Source: Rhodothermia bacterium (GTDB taxonomy: Bacteria; Bacteroidota; Rhodothermia; Rhodothermales; JAAAOL01). Taken from it: DNA of 64,000 nucleotides. Both the position numbers and the translations under genes were made by a program. The stretch covers positions 474 to 64,473 of the forward strand of contig JAUIDY010000018.1 of NCBI GenBank assembly GCA_030428385.1, given 5' to 3'. The notes beneath the pieces are model-generated. The model was not told where the DNA came from. It worked only from the letters and a program-made list of their open reading frames with translations, and did not search any database. This document shows, in pieces, positions 48,333 through 57,023 of the stretch (positions within the stretch are counted from its first letter, which is position 1; every line of letters begins with the position of its first letter).

Positions 48333-48545
48333 CGCTTCAAGAAGAAACTCCGTCAGATAGCACCCCGTGATCACGGTCAACAGGCAACTATCGGAGAGCA
48401 ATTGGAGAATGGACAGACGTGTTGCACGAAAATGTCGCATGCACATACGTCGGCCAGGAGAATCATCTTTTGAGATCGCCGACTGGAAGGGCTAACGGGG
48501 ATGCCAGTGATGTACATCCCCCGGTTGGTCGGCAATCTTGAAGCG
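48333..48545 (-). promoter_or_regulatory. Structured intergenic leader of czcC
   Basis: 10-bp closing helix 48333-42/48536-45; inner stems 48478-83/48528-33 and 48497-503/48515-21. Confidence 0.5.
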
Positions 48546-48547
48546 AA

Positions 48548-49021
48548 TCAGATCAGGAGTACGACCGATCGAAGGGCGAAGAGCGATGGGGGAGGGGAAG
48601 TCGGTTCGAGATGCTTGAACGTCATAGAAGCCCGCCGTAAATCGGAAACAGGTTCCCATGTTGCGGCAAGGGAGAGGTCGTTTGCTAGCTGCGGTGTGTA
48701 CGAAAGCGTAGAGGCGGCCTGTCCATCGGCAGGACTGGTGAAGAGCAGGATATCAATACAAGACGACAGGCAGGTAGTGATCGACGTATCATCAACGCTC
48801 CGGTCGGCATATGTTGCATGGACTTCTTGTACCACGGCGTAGGTTTTCGACGCGCAGTCACCGAAACGGCTGCTTTCTATCTCGACGCGCCCGTCGCTTT
48901 CAATGCATAGCAACACACCGGGGAGCGCATGAACGCTGACTGGAAAGAAGAGGAGCATACCCACCAGTAACCACACCAGCGTGGTTGCTTTTTTTCTGAT
49001 TGTATGCTGAAGACGGTGCAA
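48548..49021 (-). CDS. Cys-containing leader ORF of czc operon
   Basis: Signal-like N-terminus, LCIESDGRVEIE, CLSSCIDI, C-terminal PPP...SVVLLI; TTG start. Confidence 0.75.
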   Translation of the reverse strand: MHRLQHTIRKKATTLVWLLVGMLLFFPVSVHALPGVLLCIESDGRVEIESSRFGDCASKTYAVVQEVHATYADRSVDDTSITTCLSSCIDILLFTSPADGQAASTLSYTPQLANDLSLAATWEPVSDLRRASMTFKHLEPTSPPPSLFALRSVVLLI

Positions 49022-49173
49022 GAGAAGAGGCGACTTGTGTTTGGGCAGGGCAGTATATTATTCCAAAGCGTGGTTTGTTTCGAGCGCTAAGTTGCTGCAT
49101 TCGTAGGATAAAAGTTACTTCTGTCGAAACTATTTTTGTTGGTCGGAACGACGATGAAGGCATGATGGCTTTT

Positions 49174-49245
49174 ATGGAACTCAGAATACCCCCCGTCCTG
49201 GTAGTCCTTATTTTTATGGGATTCATGTGGCTATCCAAGGAGTAG
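49174..49245 (+). pseudogene. Truncated N-terminus of ICMT-family membrane methyltransferase
   Basis: MELRIPPVLVVLIFMGFMW then stop; typical N-terminus of this family. Confidence 0.45.
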
Positions 49246-49355
49246 GACAGGCCTCATTTTATCTAGAGTGCGCCGCTGGTTTTAGGCGCTATGCTTCATG
49301 AGGAGATGAGCAACGACGAGATACGTTCGAAAGAGCTATTGTGTACTAGGGATAT

Positions 49356-49389
49356 TTGGTATAACATAAAGGACGTTATGTTGCGCCAA
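49356..49389. other. dif/res-like tyrosine recombinase site
   Basis: GTATAACATAA-AGGACG-TTATGTTGCGC (11-6-11 inverted arms) just upstream of the recombinase. Confidence 0.75.
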
Positions 49390-49404
49390 TAAAGCTTGAC
49401 ACAC

Positions 49405-50370
49405 ATGAACGAAATCATCATCCATCACAACGCAGATCTACCCGAACGTCAAGGAGCGTTCCCCGGTCTTATTAATAACGCCGGTGAAAAAGCACGGCGC
49501 ACATTCCTGGAGTTCTTTATTGCCGATATTGAAAACGACAACACGCGTCAGGCCTATGCCCGTGCCGTGCGCACATTTTTCGGCTGGTGTCAAGACCACG
49601 AGCTTGAATTGAGCACTATCGCACCGGCGCATGTCGCCGTGTACTTCAAACAACACCCGGGATCGAAGCCGACAAGGAAGCAGCACCTGGCCGCCGTGCG
49701 TAGGCTGTTCGACTATTTGGTGACGAACCAGGTCGTGCCTTTCAACCCTGCCAGTTCGGTGCGCGGGCCGCGCTATTCCATCCGCAAAGGTAAGACGCCG
49801 GTGATCAGCGCTGAAGATATGCGGAGGCTCTTGGATAGCATTGATATTAGTCAAGTCATTGGACTACGCGACCGGGCGCTGATTGCCACGATGTTTTACA
49901 GCTTTGGCCGGGTTGGAGCCGTCACTGGGATGAACGCCCAAGACTATTACCACAATGGCAAACGCTCCTACCTTCGACTGGATGAGAAAGGAGGAAAAGT
50001 GCTCGAAATACCGGTACATCACAGTGCCCAGGCCTACCTCGATGCGTATGTAGAGCAGACAGGCATTATCCATGAACCCACCTCTCCCCTCTTCCGAAGT
50101 GTTGATCGCTCCCGCAACTTGACAGATCGTCGTTTAGATCGTGTAAATGCGTGGCGTGTCATGAAAAGACGGGCTAACGAAGCGGGGCTGTATGAAAAGA
50201 TTAGTCCTCACTCGCTCCGAGCTACGGGCATAACGATTTATCTCGGAAACGGTGGGTCGCTAGAACATGCACAGACCATCGCGGGGCATGCAGATCCGCG
50301 CACGACAAAGCTCTACGACCGGACGAGCGATCAGGTGTCACTCGATGAGATCGAGAAAATTGTGATTTAG
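49405..50370 (+). CDS. Tyrosine recombinase (Xer/TnpI-like resolvase)
   Basis: RDRAL, SFGR, KGGK, HSLR, AGHA, TKLY catalytic residues. Confidence 0.93.
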   Translation: MNEIIIHHNADLPERQGAFPGLINNAGEKARRTFLEFFIADIENDNTRQAYARAVRTFFGWCQDHELELSTIAPAHVAVYFKQHPGSKPTRKQHLAAVRRLFDYLVTNQVVPFNPASSVRGPRYSIRKGKTPVISAEDMRRLLDSIDISQVIGLRDRALIATMFYSFGRVGAVTGMNAQDYYHNGKRSYLRLDEKGGKVLEIPVHHSAQAYLDAYVEQTGIIHEPTSPLFRSVDRSRNLTDRRLDRVNAWRVMKRRANEAGLYEKISPHSLRATGITIYLGNGGSLEHAQTIAGHADPRTTKLYDRTSDQVSLDEIEKIVI

Positions 50371-50537
50371 AGCCTTTACCTTGGGGGATTTCCGTTTTCT
50401 TTGGGCGCTGCCAAGACATAGAAACAAACGCAGCTACCTTGCTGGAACGGTCCGCAAAACCCCTTTGAGACCTCACTCTTTGCTTCTTTTCGAATAGTCG
50501 CCCCTATTCCATTAAAGACGATGAGATGAGCACTTTT

Positions 50538-51968
50538 TTAGGTACTCTTAGCTTTAGGCAACAGCACCAAAAAGCGACTCCCTTGGTTAGGCCCTGCGCT
50601 ATGGGCTGAAACGGTACCACCATATGCAGCGACAATAGCAGCCAGGATGGACAGCCCCAGTCCACTACCAGTTCTCGCTTTTACCTCGGGAGATTCGGAA
50701 CGATAGAAACGGTCAAACAGGTGACCTTCCTCCTCAGGACGGAATCCCAATCCACTATCGACTACCTCTAACAGTACGTTGTCATCACGTTGCGCAACAC
50801 GAGTTTCTACACGTCCGCCATTCGGGGTATACTTCAAGGCATTATCGATTAGGTTGTCTATCACTTCTCCTATGCGTACAGGCTCAGCCTCGATCCATAC
50901 CGCTTCTTCGAGTGAGAGGACGAAATCAATCTGTTGTTCTTGCGCGCGTACGATAAACCGTTCAAAATGCTCACGGCATAGATGGGTCAGGTTCACAGAT
51001 AGGCGGGGTAACTCTTCTGCCCGTTCCAGGCGGGCAAGTTGAAGCAAGCTGCGTACGGTCGCACTCATTTCTCTCACATCGACGAGTGCTGTTTGGATCA
51101 CCTGTTGATAGGCCTCGGGAGTGCGTTCACGGCGAAGCGAGATTTCGAGGACGTTGCGAAGTGATGCCAGCGGATTTTGCAATTCGTGGGCTGCATTGTC
51201 CGTAAAACGTCGTTCTCTATTAAACGAGGCTTCCAGACGTGCGATCAAATCATTGAAGGTCTCCGCCATATCGGTCAGCTCATCATGGACGCCGAATTGA
51301 GCCGGAAGACGTTGGCTGAGGTTACTGGCCCCAATATGGCGCGCCGACTCGGTGAGAGTAGCGACGGGACGAAGTGTCCTTCGAGCCAGTCCATATCCCG
51401 CGATTGCAACAAGCGTTACACTAAAGAGGATACCCAGAATCAGCGCGCGCCCCAGTTGCTCCAGACCTTGATGCAGTGACCATTCGAACCCGGTAACTTC
51501 TAACCATCCAGCTACCGTCTCGTTTTCGTAGACTAGAGCGGTATATAACGAACGAGCGGGATTTCCTTCCCATTCGAAACTAACGGATTGCGCATCCGGC
51601 GAATCTGGTATTTGAATGCGCAGGCTTTCATGGTGCTCGAAGTTGGGGCTTTGGTAGACGACCCGACCGCTGGCATCGAGTAGACGTACATAGGTGCCAA
51701 AGATACCATCTGTCTGATACGCAACCGAACGCACGTTGCCTAAATCCTCAAACATGGGGCCTTCAGGATCCAGGCGAATGAACGGTTCCAGTTCACGCGC
51801 TTCGTGGGTCAGATGCCGGTCGAAATCCTGATGCATGCGTTCGTGAAAGGCAACATAGCTGAAGGCGGCGAACAGGCTGAGTAAGAGCAGCAACGTGGTG
51901 CCAAACCAAAGCGTCAGCCTTGTTGAAATGGACCAACGCATCTTCTGCCAGAAACGAACACGACTCAT
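50538..51968 (-). CDS. Heavy-metal-type sensor histidine kinase
   Basis: Two TMs, HAMP, AAHELQNPL, NLIDNALKY, FDRFYR, GSGLGL. Confidence 0.93.
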   Translation of the reverse strand: MSRVRFWQKMRWSISTRLTLWFGTTLLLLLSLFAAFSYVAFHERMHQDFDRHLTHEARELEPFIRLDPEGPMFEDLGNVRSVAYQTDGIFGTYVRLLDASGRVVYQSPNFEHHESLRIQIPDSPDAQSVSFEWEGNPARSLYTALVYENETVAGWLEVTGFEWSLHQGLEQLGRALILGILFSVTLVAIAGYGLARRTLRPVATLTESARHIGASNLSQRLPAQFGVHDELTDMAETFNDLIARLEASFNRERRFTDNAAHELQNPLASLRNVLEISLRRERTPEAYQQVIQTALVDVREMSATVRSLLQLARLERAEELPRLSVNLTHLCREHFERFIVRAQEQQIDFVLSLEEAVWIEAEPVRIGEVIDNLIDNALKYTPNGGRVETRVAQRDDNVLLEVVDSGLGFRPEEEGHLFDRFYRSESPEVKARTGSGLGLSILAAIVAAYGGTVSAHSAGPNQGSRFLVLLPKAKST

Positions 51969-51972
51969 GGGA

Positions 51973-52680
51973 TCACCTCGAAAAACCATCAGGCTCGTGC
52001 TCAAGGCAGTACCCAACCCCTCGCACGGTGGTGATACGAACGGTCTTTCGGGAAGCATGGGTTTGGGCTTCTAATACTTTTTGTCGTAATCCAAAGATGG
52101 TGACATCGATGACGTTATCCGTCACATAAAAAGGATCACCCCAGACCCGCTCGGCAATCACCGTTCGCGAAAGGGCTTCGCCTGGATGGCGGGCCAACAG
52201 CTCCAACAACTCATATTCTTTGGGTCTGAGCGCGAGAACCTGCTCAAAGAATCGCGCCTGTCGTCGTTTGGTATTCACTTCCAGTGGCCCGAGAAGAATC
52301 ACGGCTTCCAGTACATCGAGGGGAGGACGCCGCAAAAGTGCCCGTAGTCGCGCAAGAAGCTCTTCGAATGAAAACGGCTTAGGGAGATAATCATCTGCGC
52401 CTGCATCCAACCCCGCAATGCGATGGTCGATATCGTCGAGGGCCGTCAGCATCAGGATGGGCATGGAGCGCTCCGCTGCACGCAAGTGCTCAATCAGCGT
52501 TTTACCGTCTTGTCGCGGTAGGCGCCAGTCCACGATGAGAATATCATAGCTATTGGCCAAGGCCATGGCTTCTCCTTCCAGGCCATCTTTCGCCCAATCC
52601 ACTGTATATCCTTCTTCGGACAAGCCACCCACCAGCGAATGTCCCAACCGCTCTTCGTCTTCAATAAGTAGTATCCACAT
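51973..52680 (-). CDS. OmpR/CusR-family response regulator
   Basis: IEDE, VDWRLP, GADDYLPKPF, ITTVRGVGY. Confidence 0.95.
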   Translation of the reverse strand: MWILLIEDEERLGHSLVGGLSEEGYTVDWAKDGLEGEAMALANSYDILIVDWRLPRQDGKTLIEHLRAAERSMPILMLTALDDIDHRIAGLDAGADDYLPKPFSFEELLARLRALLRRPPLDVLEAVILLGPLEVNTKRRQARFFEQVLALRPKEYELLELLARHPGEALSRTVIAERVWGDPFYVTDNVIDVTIFGLRQKVLEAQTHASRKTVRITTVRGVGYCLEHEPDGFSR

Positions 52681-52682
52681 CG

Positions 52683-52719
52683 TTAATACATTTTAACTCA
52701 CCCTTAAGGCGACATTAAG
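52683..52719. promoter_or_regulatory. Putative autoregulatory TTAA(G) boxes
   Basis: TTAAT 52683, TTAAC 52693, TTAAG 52704, TTAAG 52715. Confidence 0.7.
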
Positions 52720-52795
52720 GTTCAGGCCTGCATCTTGGCACCAGCCTTTGTCCTACCGGCCCCTTTGTTAGGGAAATCGTCAGCGGGCAACTTCT

Positions 52796-52822
52796 GAAAG
52801 AGCACCTTAAGAACACCTTAAG
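52796..52822 (+). promoter_or_regulatory. Putative OmpR-family box for divergent operon
   Basis: GAAAG 52796, then CACCTTAAG-AA-CACCTTAAG (TTAAG at 52807, 52818). Confidence 0.75.
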
Positions 52823-52874
52823 GCGGTCCTGGAGTCGGTAGGTACTTTTTGTACATCACAATCCTGGCGGCACC

Positions 52875-52961
52875 ATGCTATGGATGTCAATCGGTGGTCT
52901 CGTGTGGATACTGATCCTACTGGTGGGATGGATCCTGCTGTTTCGTGGTCTTCGCACGTAA
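52875..52961 (+). CDS. 28-aa single-pass membrane peptide (not in ORF track)
   Basis: MLWMSIGGLVWILILLVGWILLFRGLRT*. Confidence 0.5.
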   Translation: MLWMSIGGLVWILILLVGWILLFRGLRT

Positions 52962-53040
52962 CGCCACAAGATTACTCAGGGATGCTGTTGGTCAAGCTGT
53001 CAGGAACATCCAAGCACACAACCTTCCACGGAGGTTTTCA

Positions 53041-53781
53041 ATGAAACGGACACCCTTTTTGTTTGCCATCCTGACGGCCTTTGTTTGGAGCCTCGGCCCC
53101 TCTCATGCCCTGTTTGCACAACAACCAAACCATCCAATGGAGGAAGAAGCGAACGCCTCAATGATGGGTCATGATATGATGCAAGGAAGTATGATGGAGA
53201 TGATGCAAGGAAGCATGATGGAGATGCATCAAAACATGATGACCACTATGATGGCCGACCCTGTGCAACGTTCCATGCTTCTTACCTATGCATTGCCTTC
53301 CCTACAAACCCCGCTTGATCTTGGTGATACGCAGGTGGCTTCGCTTGAGCAACTAAAGCAACGCTTTATTGACCAGCGAATGATGCTAGCCGAGACATCA
53401 CAACGTCATGTCACGTCGGCTCAGGAAACACTGACACCGGCCCCCCCTGATCTTATAGACTTAAGGAAACATCTTCGTGCTGCGTATGAAGCACAGGCCG
53501 ATATACAGACTGCTGCTGTCGAAACGGCTTTGCAGATGTACGAAGTGTTAACACCTGAACAACAAGCACAACTCGATCAGGTAGCACCCATGGAGCTACA
53601 CAAAGCCATGATGCAGGCCCTGCCCATGATGGAGATGATGCAGGCCATGCACGACGGAATGGGTTGCGCTGGAATGATGGGCGAAATGATGCAGGGCGAG
53701 ATGATGGGATCCATGCCTTCCAATGACGCATCAGGACATGAACAAAAACCTTCAACCGACCACGAACAACACCATCGTTGA
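53041..53781 (+). CDS. Met-rich Spy/CpxP-like periplasmic protein
   Basis: Signal peptide, MMQGSMME repeats, VLTPEQ motif; GGAGG upstream. Confidence 0.8.
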   Translation: MKRTPFLFAILTAFVWSLGPSHALFAQQPNHPMEEEANASMMGHDMMQGSMMEMMQGSMMEMHQNMMTTMMADPVQRSMLLTYALPSLQTPLDLGDTQVASLEQLKQRFIDQRMMLAETSQRHVTSAQETLTPAPPDLIDLRKHLRAAYEAQADIQTAAVETALQMYEVLTPEQQAQLDQVAPMELHKAMMQALPMMEMMQAMHDGMGCAGMMGEMMQGEMMGSMPSNDASGHEQKPSTDHEQHHR

Positions 53782-53884
53782 TGTTCATCATTAAGGTCCA
53801 TCATGAATAGGAACCGGCATCACCCGGACCTCCCAGACGGACTTCCCAGACATAGACGAATCAACAAAGCGAACGGCTCTTTTT

Positions 53885-54967
53885 ATGACGTTTCTTCCTG
53901 AATGGGCACCCGGCATCCATCCCCTGCTGGTACATTTTCCCATTGTTCTCCTGATTGTGGCCGTGTTGGTAGACGCCCTATCGGTGGTGCGCCCTGCCAA
54001 CACGGCCTTTCGCCGTGCAGCGGTGGTCTTCTTTGTCGTGGGTGCTCTCGCTGCGACGGTCACCTTCTTTACGGGGCGCGCCGCCGCCGATGCCCTTTCG
54101 CTTCCGACTTTTGCCGTAGCCGACGTCACCGACCATGCCGACTGGGCCACGCGAACGCTATGGTTTTTTGGTCTGTATGCCCTCGTCCGACTCGGACTTC
54201 TTGCATGGGAGCGTAAACGGGAAAACCCATGGGGAAGGGGCATACAGGTCCTGCTGCTGCTGGTGGGGTTGGGAGGCTTATTCCTTGTTGTTGAAACGGG
54301 TGAGCATGGAGCCAAACTCGTATTTGATCATGGCCTCGGGGTTCGGTCTGTTTCGACGCTTCAGGCCGAGCTTGATTCCCTGCACGCGCGTCTGTCGGCG
54401 TTGGAGGTCAAGGAAGCACAGGCCCAGTTCCTCCAGGACGAAACGGGATCCTGGACCTGGACACCGGAGGAAGGAGCCGATCTGCTGCTTAACGCTTCGT
54501 TTCAGTTTATACAAGGAACTGCCGCTGATCTCAACATGAACGCTTCCGAAAGCGGCGGCGTGCGCATGACACCCTCGGAGACGGTACTGATGATCGTTCC
54601 GGGTGCACTGGAAAGCCTTGCGGCAGAGATTCGCCTTGATGTGTCCGGATTTACGGGTACGGTGCGGCTGGTGCACCATATGCAGGATGCACACACCTAC
54701 GACTTTCTCGAGATAGCCCAGGGACGGCTACGCCAAGGGCGCTTGTCGGAGGGTGAAGAAACGATTTTTGATGAAGCAACCATCGACACACCATCCTGGA
54801 TCTCACTGCGCGCTGTGAGTGACGGTACCCACTTTCGGGGTTATGCCAATGATGAGTTGTTGACGCATGGGCATGGTTCGAAGCCTCTTGCCGGACCAGT
54901 AGGACTCTACTTCGACGGGCACGGTGAGGTACTCCTTTCGCAACTTTCTGCAACGGTCTTGAGGTAA
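53885..54967 (+). CDS. DUF2231 membrane protein with soluble beta-sandwich C-terminal domain
   Basis: HPLLVHFPI, TG, H, TGEHGAKLVFDHG. Confidence 0.82.
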   Translation: MTFLPEWAPGIHPLLVHFPIVLLIVAVLVDALSVVRPANTAFRRAAVVFFVVGALAATVTFFTGRAAADALSLPTFAVADVTDHADWATRTLWFFGLYALVRLGLLAWERKRENPWGRGIQVLLLLVGLGGLFLVVETGEHGAKLVFDHGLGVRSVSTLQAELDSLHARLSALEVKEAQAQFLQDETGSWTWTPEEGADLLLNASFQFIQGTAADLNMNASESGGVRMTPSETVLMIVPGALESLAAEIRLDVSGFTGTVRLVHHMQDAHTYDFLEIAQGRLRQGRLSEGEETIFDEATIDTPSWISLRAVSDGTHFRGYANDELLTHGHGSKPLAGPVGLYFDGHGEVLLSQLSATVLR

Positions 54968-54994
54968 TCTTTTGGCCCCAATCCTCTTTCTCTT

Positions 54995-55522
54995 ATGAAA
55001 ACGACCTTCTCGAAATTGACCAAAGAGATTGTGTTTCTTCTTGTGGCAGGCACCGCCATTTGGGGTGTCTGGTACGTTTCGCAACCCCAGACTGAGGTTC
55101 AGGCAACACAACCGGCACCGACTGTCGTTGGGGCCGCCGCCGACTTACCCGTCGTCAAGGTGTTCAAGAGTGCCACGTGCGGGTGCTGCAATGATTGGAT
55201 CGCGCATCTTCAAACGGCTGGTTTTTCTGTGGAGTCGGTCAACACAAACGATATGCAAGGCGTCAAGAGGGATCATGGTGTCCCTCCTTCCATGACTTCC
55301 TGCCACACGGCCCTCGTTGGTCCTTATGTCGTTGAGGGACATGTGCCCGCCGAGGACATCAAGCGTCTACTGAGCGAACAACGCGAAGTGGCGGGGTTGG
55401 CCGTTCCAGGTATGCCAATCGGCTCTCCGGGTATGGAACAGGGCCACCGCCATGATGCCTACCGGGTCTACACGTTCACGGCGCAGGGAGATACCACCGT
55501 ATTTGCCCGACACCATGAGTAG
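54995..55522 (+). CDS. CopG/DUF411 periplasmic copper protein
   Basis: CGCC..W, SCHTA, EGHVPA, LAVPGMPIGSPGME. Confidence 0.92.
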   Translation: MKTTFSKLTKEIVFLLVAGTAIWGVWYVSQPQTEVQATQPAPTVVGAAADLPVVKVFKSATCGCCNDWIAHLQTAGFSVESVNTNDMQGVKRDHGVPPSMTSCHTALVGPYVVEGHVPAEDIKRLLSEQREVAGLAVPGMPIGSPGMEQGHRHDAYRVYTFTAQGDTTVFARHHE

Positions 55523-55555
55523 CTCCCGGCGCGCCGTTTGGGAGACACACGTTTC

Positions 55556-55592
55556 TTAAATGTTTGAAAGGCAATTTTAAGGTAGCGCTAAG
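55556..55592 (+). promoter_or_regulatory. Putative OmpR-family box upstream of Cu-ATPase operon
   Basis: TTAAA 55556, GAAAG 55566, TTAAG 55577, CTAAG 55588. Confidence 0.7.
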
Positions 55593-55678
55593 TTAGTCTT
55601 CGGTTTTATGCGGTCAGCATCAACGAGCCAGGTGTTCTTATCTGGTGTTTCTCCTGACTAGCTCCACCGATTCCGACG

Positions 55679-56374
55679 ATGAATAGTCCTTACGAATATG
55701 GATACTGGCCCCAGGTAGTCATCTTCTCCCTGATCTTTGTGGTTTTCGCTTTCAGCTTCACGCGCCCGAAGCATTGGCGGGACTGGAGACAATTTGGGAC
55801 GTTTGCCGCCTTCATGGTCGCTCTTTTTACCGAAATGTATGGGTTCCCTCTCACCATCTATCTTCTCTCAGGATGGCTGAGCAGCAGTTACCCGGGTTTA
55901 AACCTGTATGCGCATGAGAACGGCCACCTTTGGCAAACGCTCTTAGGTATTGGAAGCGAAAGCCCCCTAGCGGCCCACTTCAATCTGCTACACATTTTTA
56001 GCAATTTGCTCATCGCGGGCGGTGTTCTGCTTATTATGAATGCATGGCGCATTCTGTATCAGGCCCAGCGCAGCGAGCAGGTCGCAACGACCGGCCCGTA
56101 TGCCTATGTTCGACATCCTCAGTATGTGGGCTTCGTTGCGGTATTAACAGGGTTCATACTCCAATGGCCCACCTTACTCACGGTGCTCATGTTTCCCGTT
56201 CTGGTGTGGATGTACGCCCGCCTAGCTGTGGTTGAAGAAAAGGAAATACATGCCCGTTTTGGTGCGACCTATCAGGCATATGCCGAGGAGACACCCCGGT
56301 TTATTCCCCATCGCCGGAATAGGCTTCAGACCTTCACCCGGGCGGTAACACCACCGGAGGAACGTCATGGATAA
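55679..56374 (+). CDS. Isoprenylcysteine carboxyl methyltransferase-family membrane protein
   Basis: ALFTEMYGFPLTIY, TGPYAYVRHPQY, EE...FG..Y..Y...TPRFIP. Confidence 0.9.
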   Translation: MNSPYEYGYWPQVVIFSLIFVVFAFSFTRPKHWRDWRQFGTFAAFMVALFTEMYGFPLTIYLLSGWLSSSYPGLNLYAHENGHLWQTLLGIGSESPLAAHFNLLHIFSNLLIAGGVLLIMNAWRILYQAQRSEQVATTGPYAYVRHPQYVGFVAVLTGFILQWPTLLTVLMFPVLVWMYARLAVVEEKEIHARFGATYQAYAEETPRFIPHRRNRLQTFTRAVTPPEERHG

Positions 56375-57023
56375 CGCGGTTGCGCTCGTCCGGTCATACC
56401 TGCAAGTGAATGGGTACTTTACGGTGTGTGAATACCCGGTTCTCGAACGTACCCACGCGCATGGCTTTCAGACGGCCACCGACTTTGACGTGTTGGCCTT
56501 CCGGTTTGCTCATGCGGGACAGCTTGTGCCTGCACCCGATGGCAACCCCTGGCATACCCGGTATGTGCTGGACGAGACCCTGGGGGTCAACCCGGATGAA
56601 TCGGATATGATTATCGGAGAAGTAAAAGAAGGACGCGCCCAACTCAACAAGCGTGCTACCGATCCATCCATTCTGGAAGCCGCCCTTGCACGTTTTGGCT
56701 GCTGTCGTCCCGGTGAGGCCCCCCATGTGGTCAAACGGTTGCTGGAAAAAGGATATGTGACCTCTCCGACAAGCCATCGCCTCCGTCTGGTTGTGTTTGC
56801 TTCCGATCTGCCATCCTCTCACAAGCAAGGGATCCGGATGATCTCGCTGGGCCACATTGTTTCGTTTCTAAACACCTACATCGCTACTTACTGGGACGTG
56901 CTGCGACGTACGCAAGTGAAGGATCCGGGTCTGGGTTTTTTGATGACCCTCTACAAAGCCCGACTTCATGCGGAGGCAACTCCCATCAACCCGCCACTAC
57001 CCGCTAACCCTACGGTGCCATGA
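56367..57023 (+). CDS. Conserved hypothetical protein with PD-(D/E)XK-like motif
   Basis: YLQVNGYFT..EY, DFDVLA, IIGEVKEG; overlaps both neighbours. Confidence 0.7.
   Translation: MDNAVALVRSYLQVNGYFTVCEYPVLERTHAHGFQTATDFDVLAFRFAHAGQLVPAPDGNPWHTRYVLDETLGVNPDESDMIIGEVKEGRAQLNKRATDPSILEAALARFGCCRPGEAPHVVKRLLEKGYVTSPTSHRLRLVVFASDLPSSHKQGIRMISLGHIVSFLNTYIATYWDVLRRTQVKDPGLGFLMTLYKARLHAEATPINPPLPANPTVP

Noticed and set aside
48333-48545. Canonical NiCo (czcD) riboswitch
   Set aside because: The consensus could not be matched by eye; kept only as a generic structured leader
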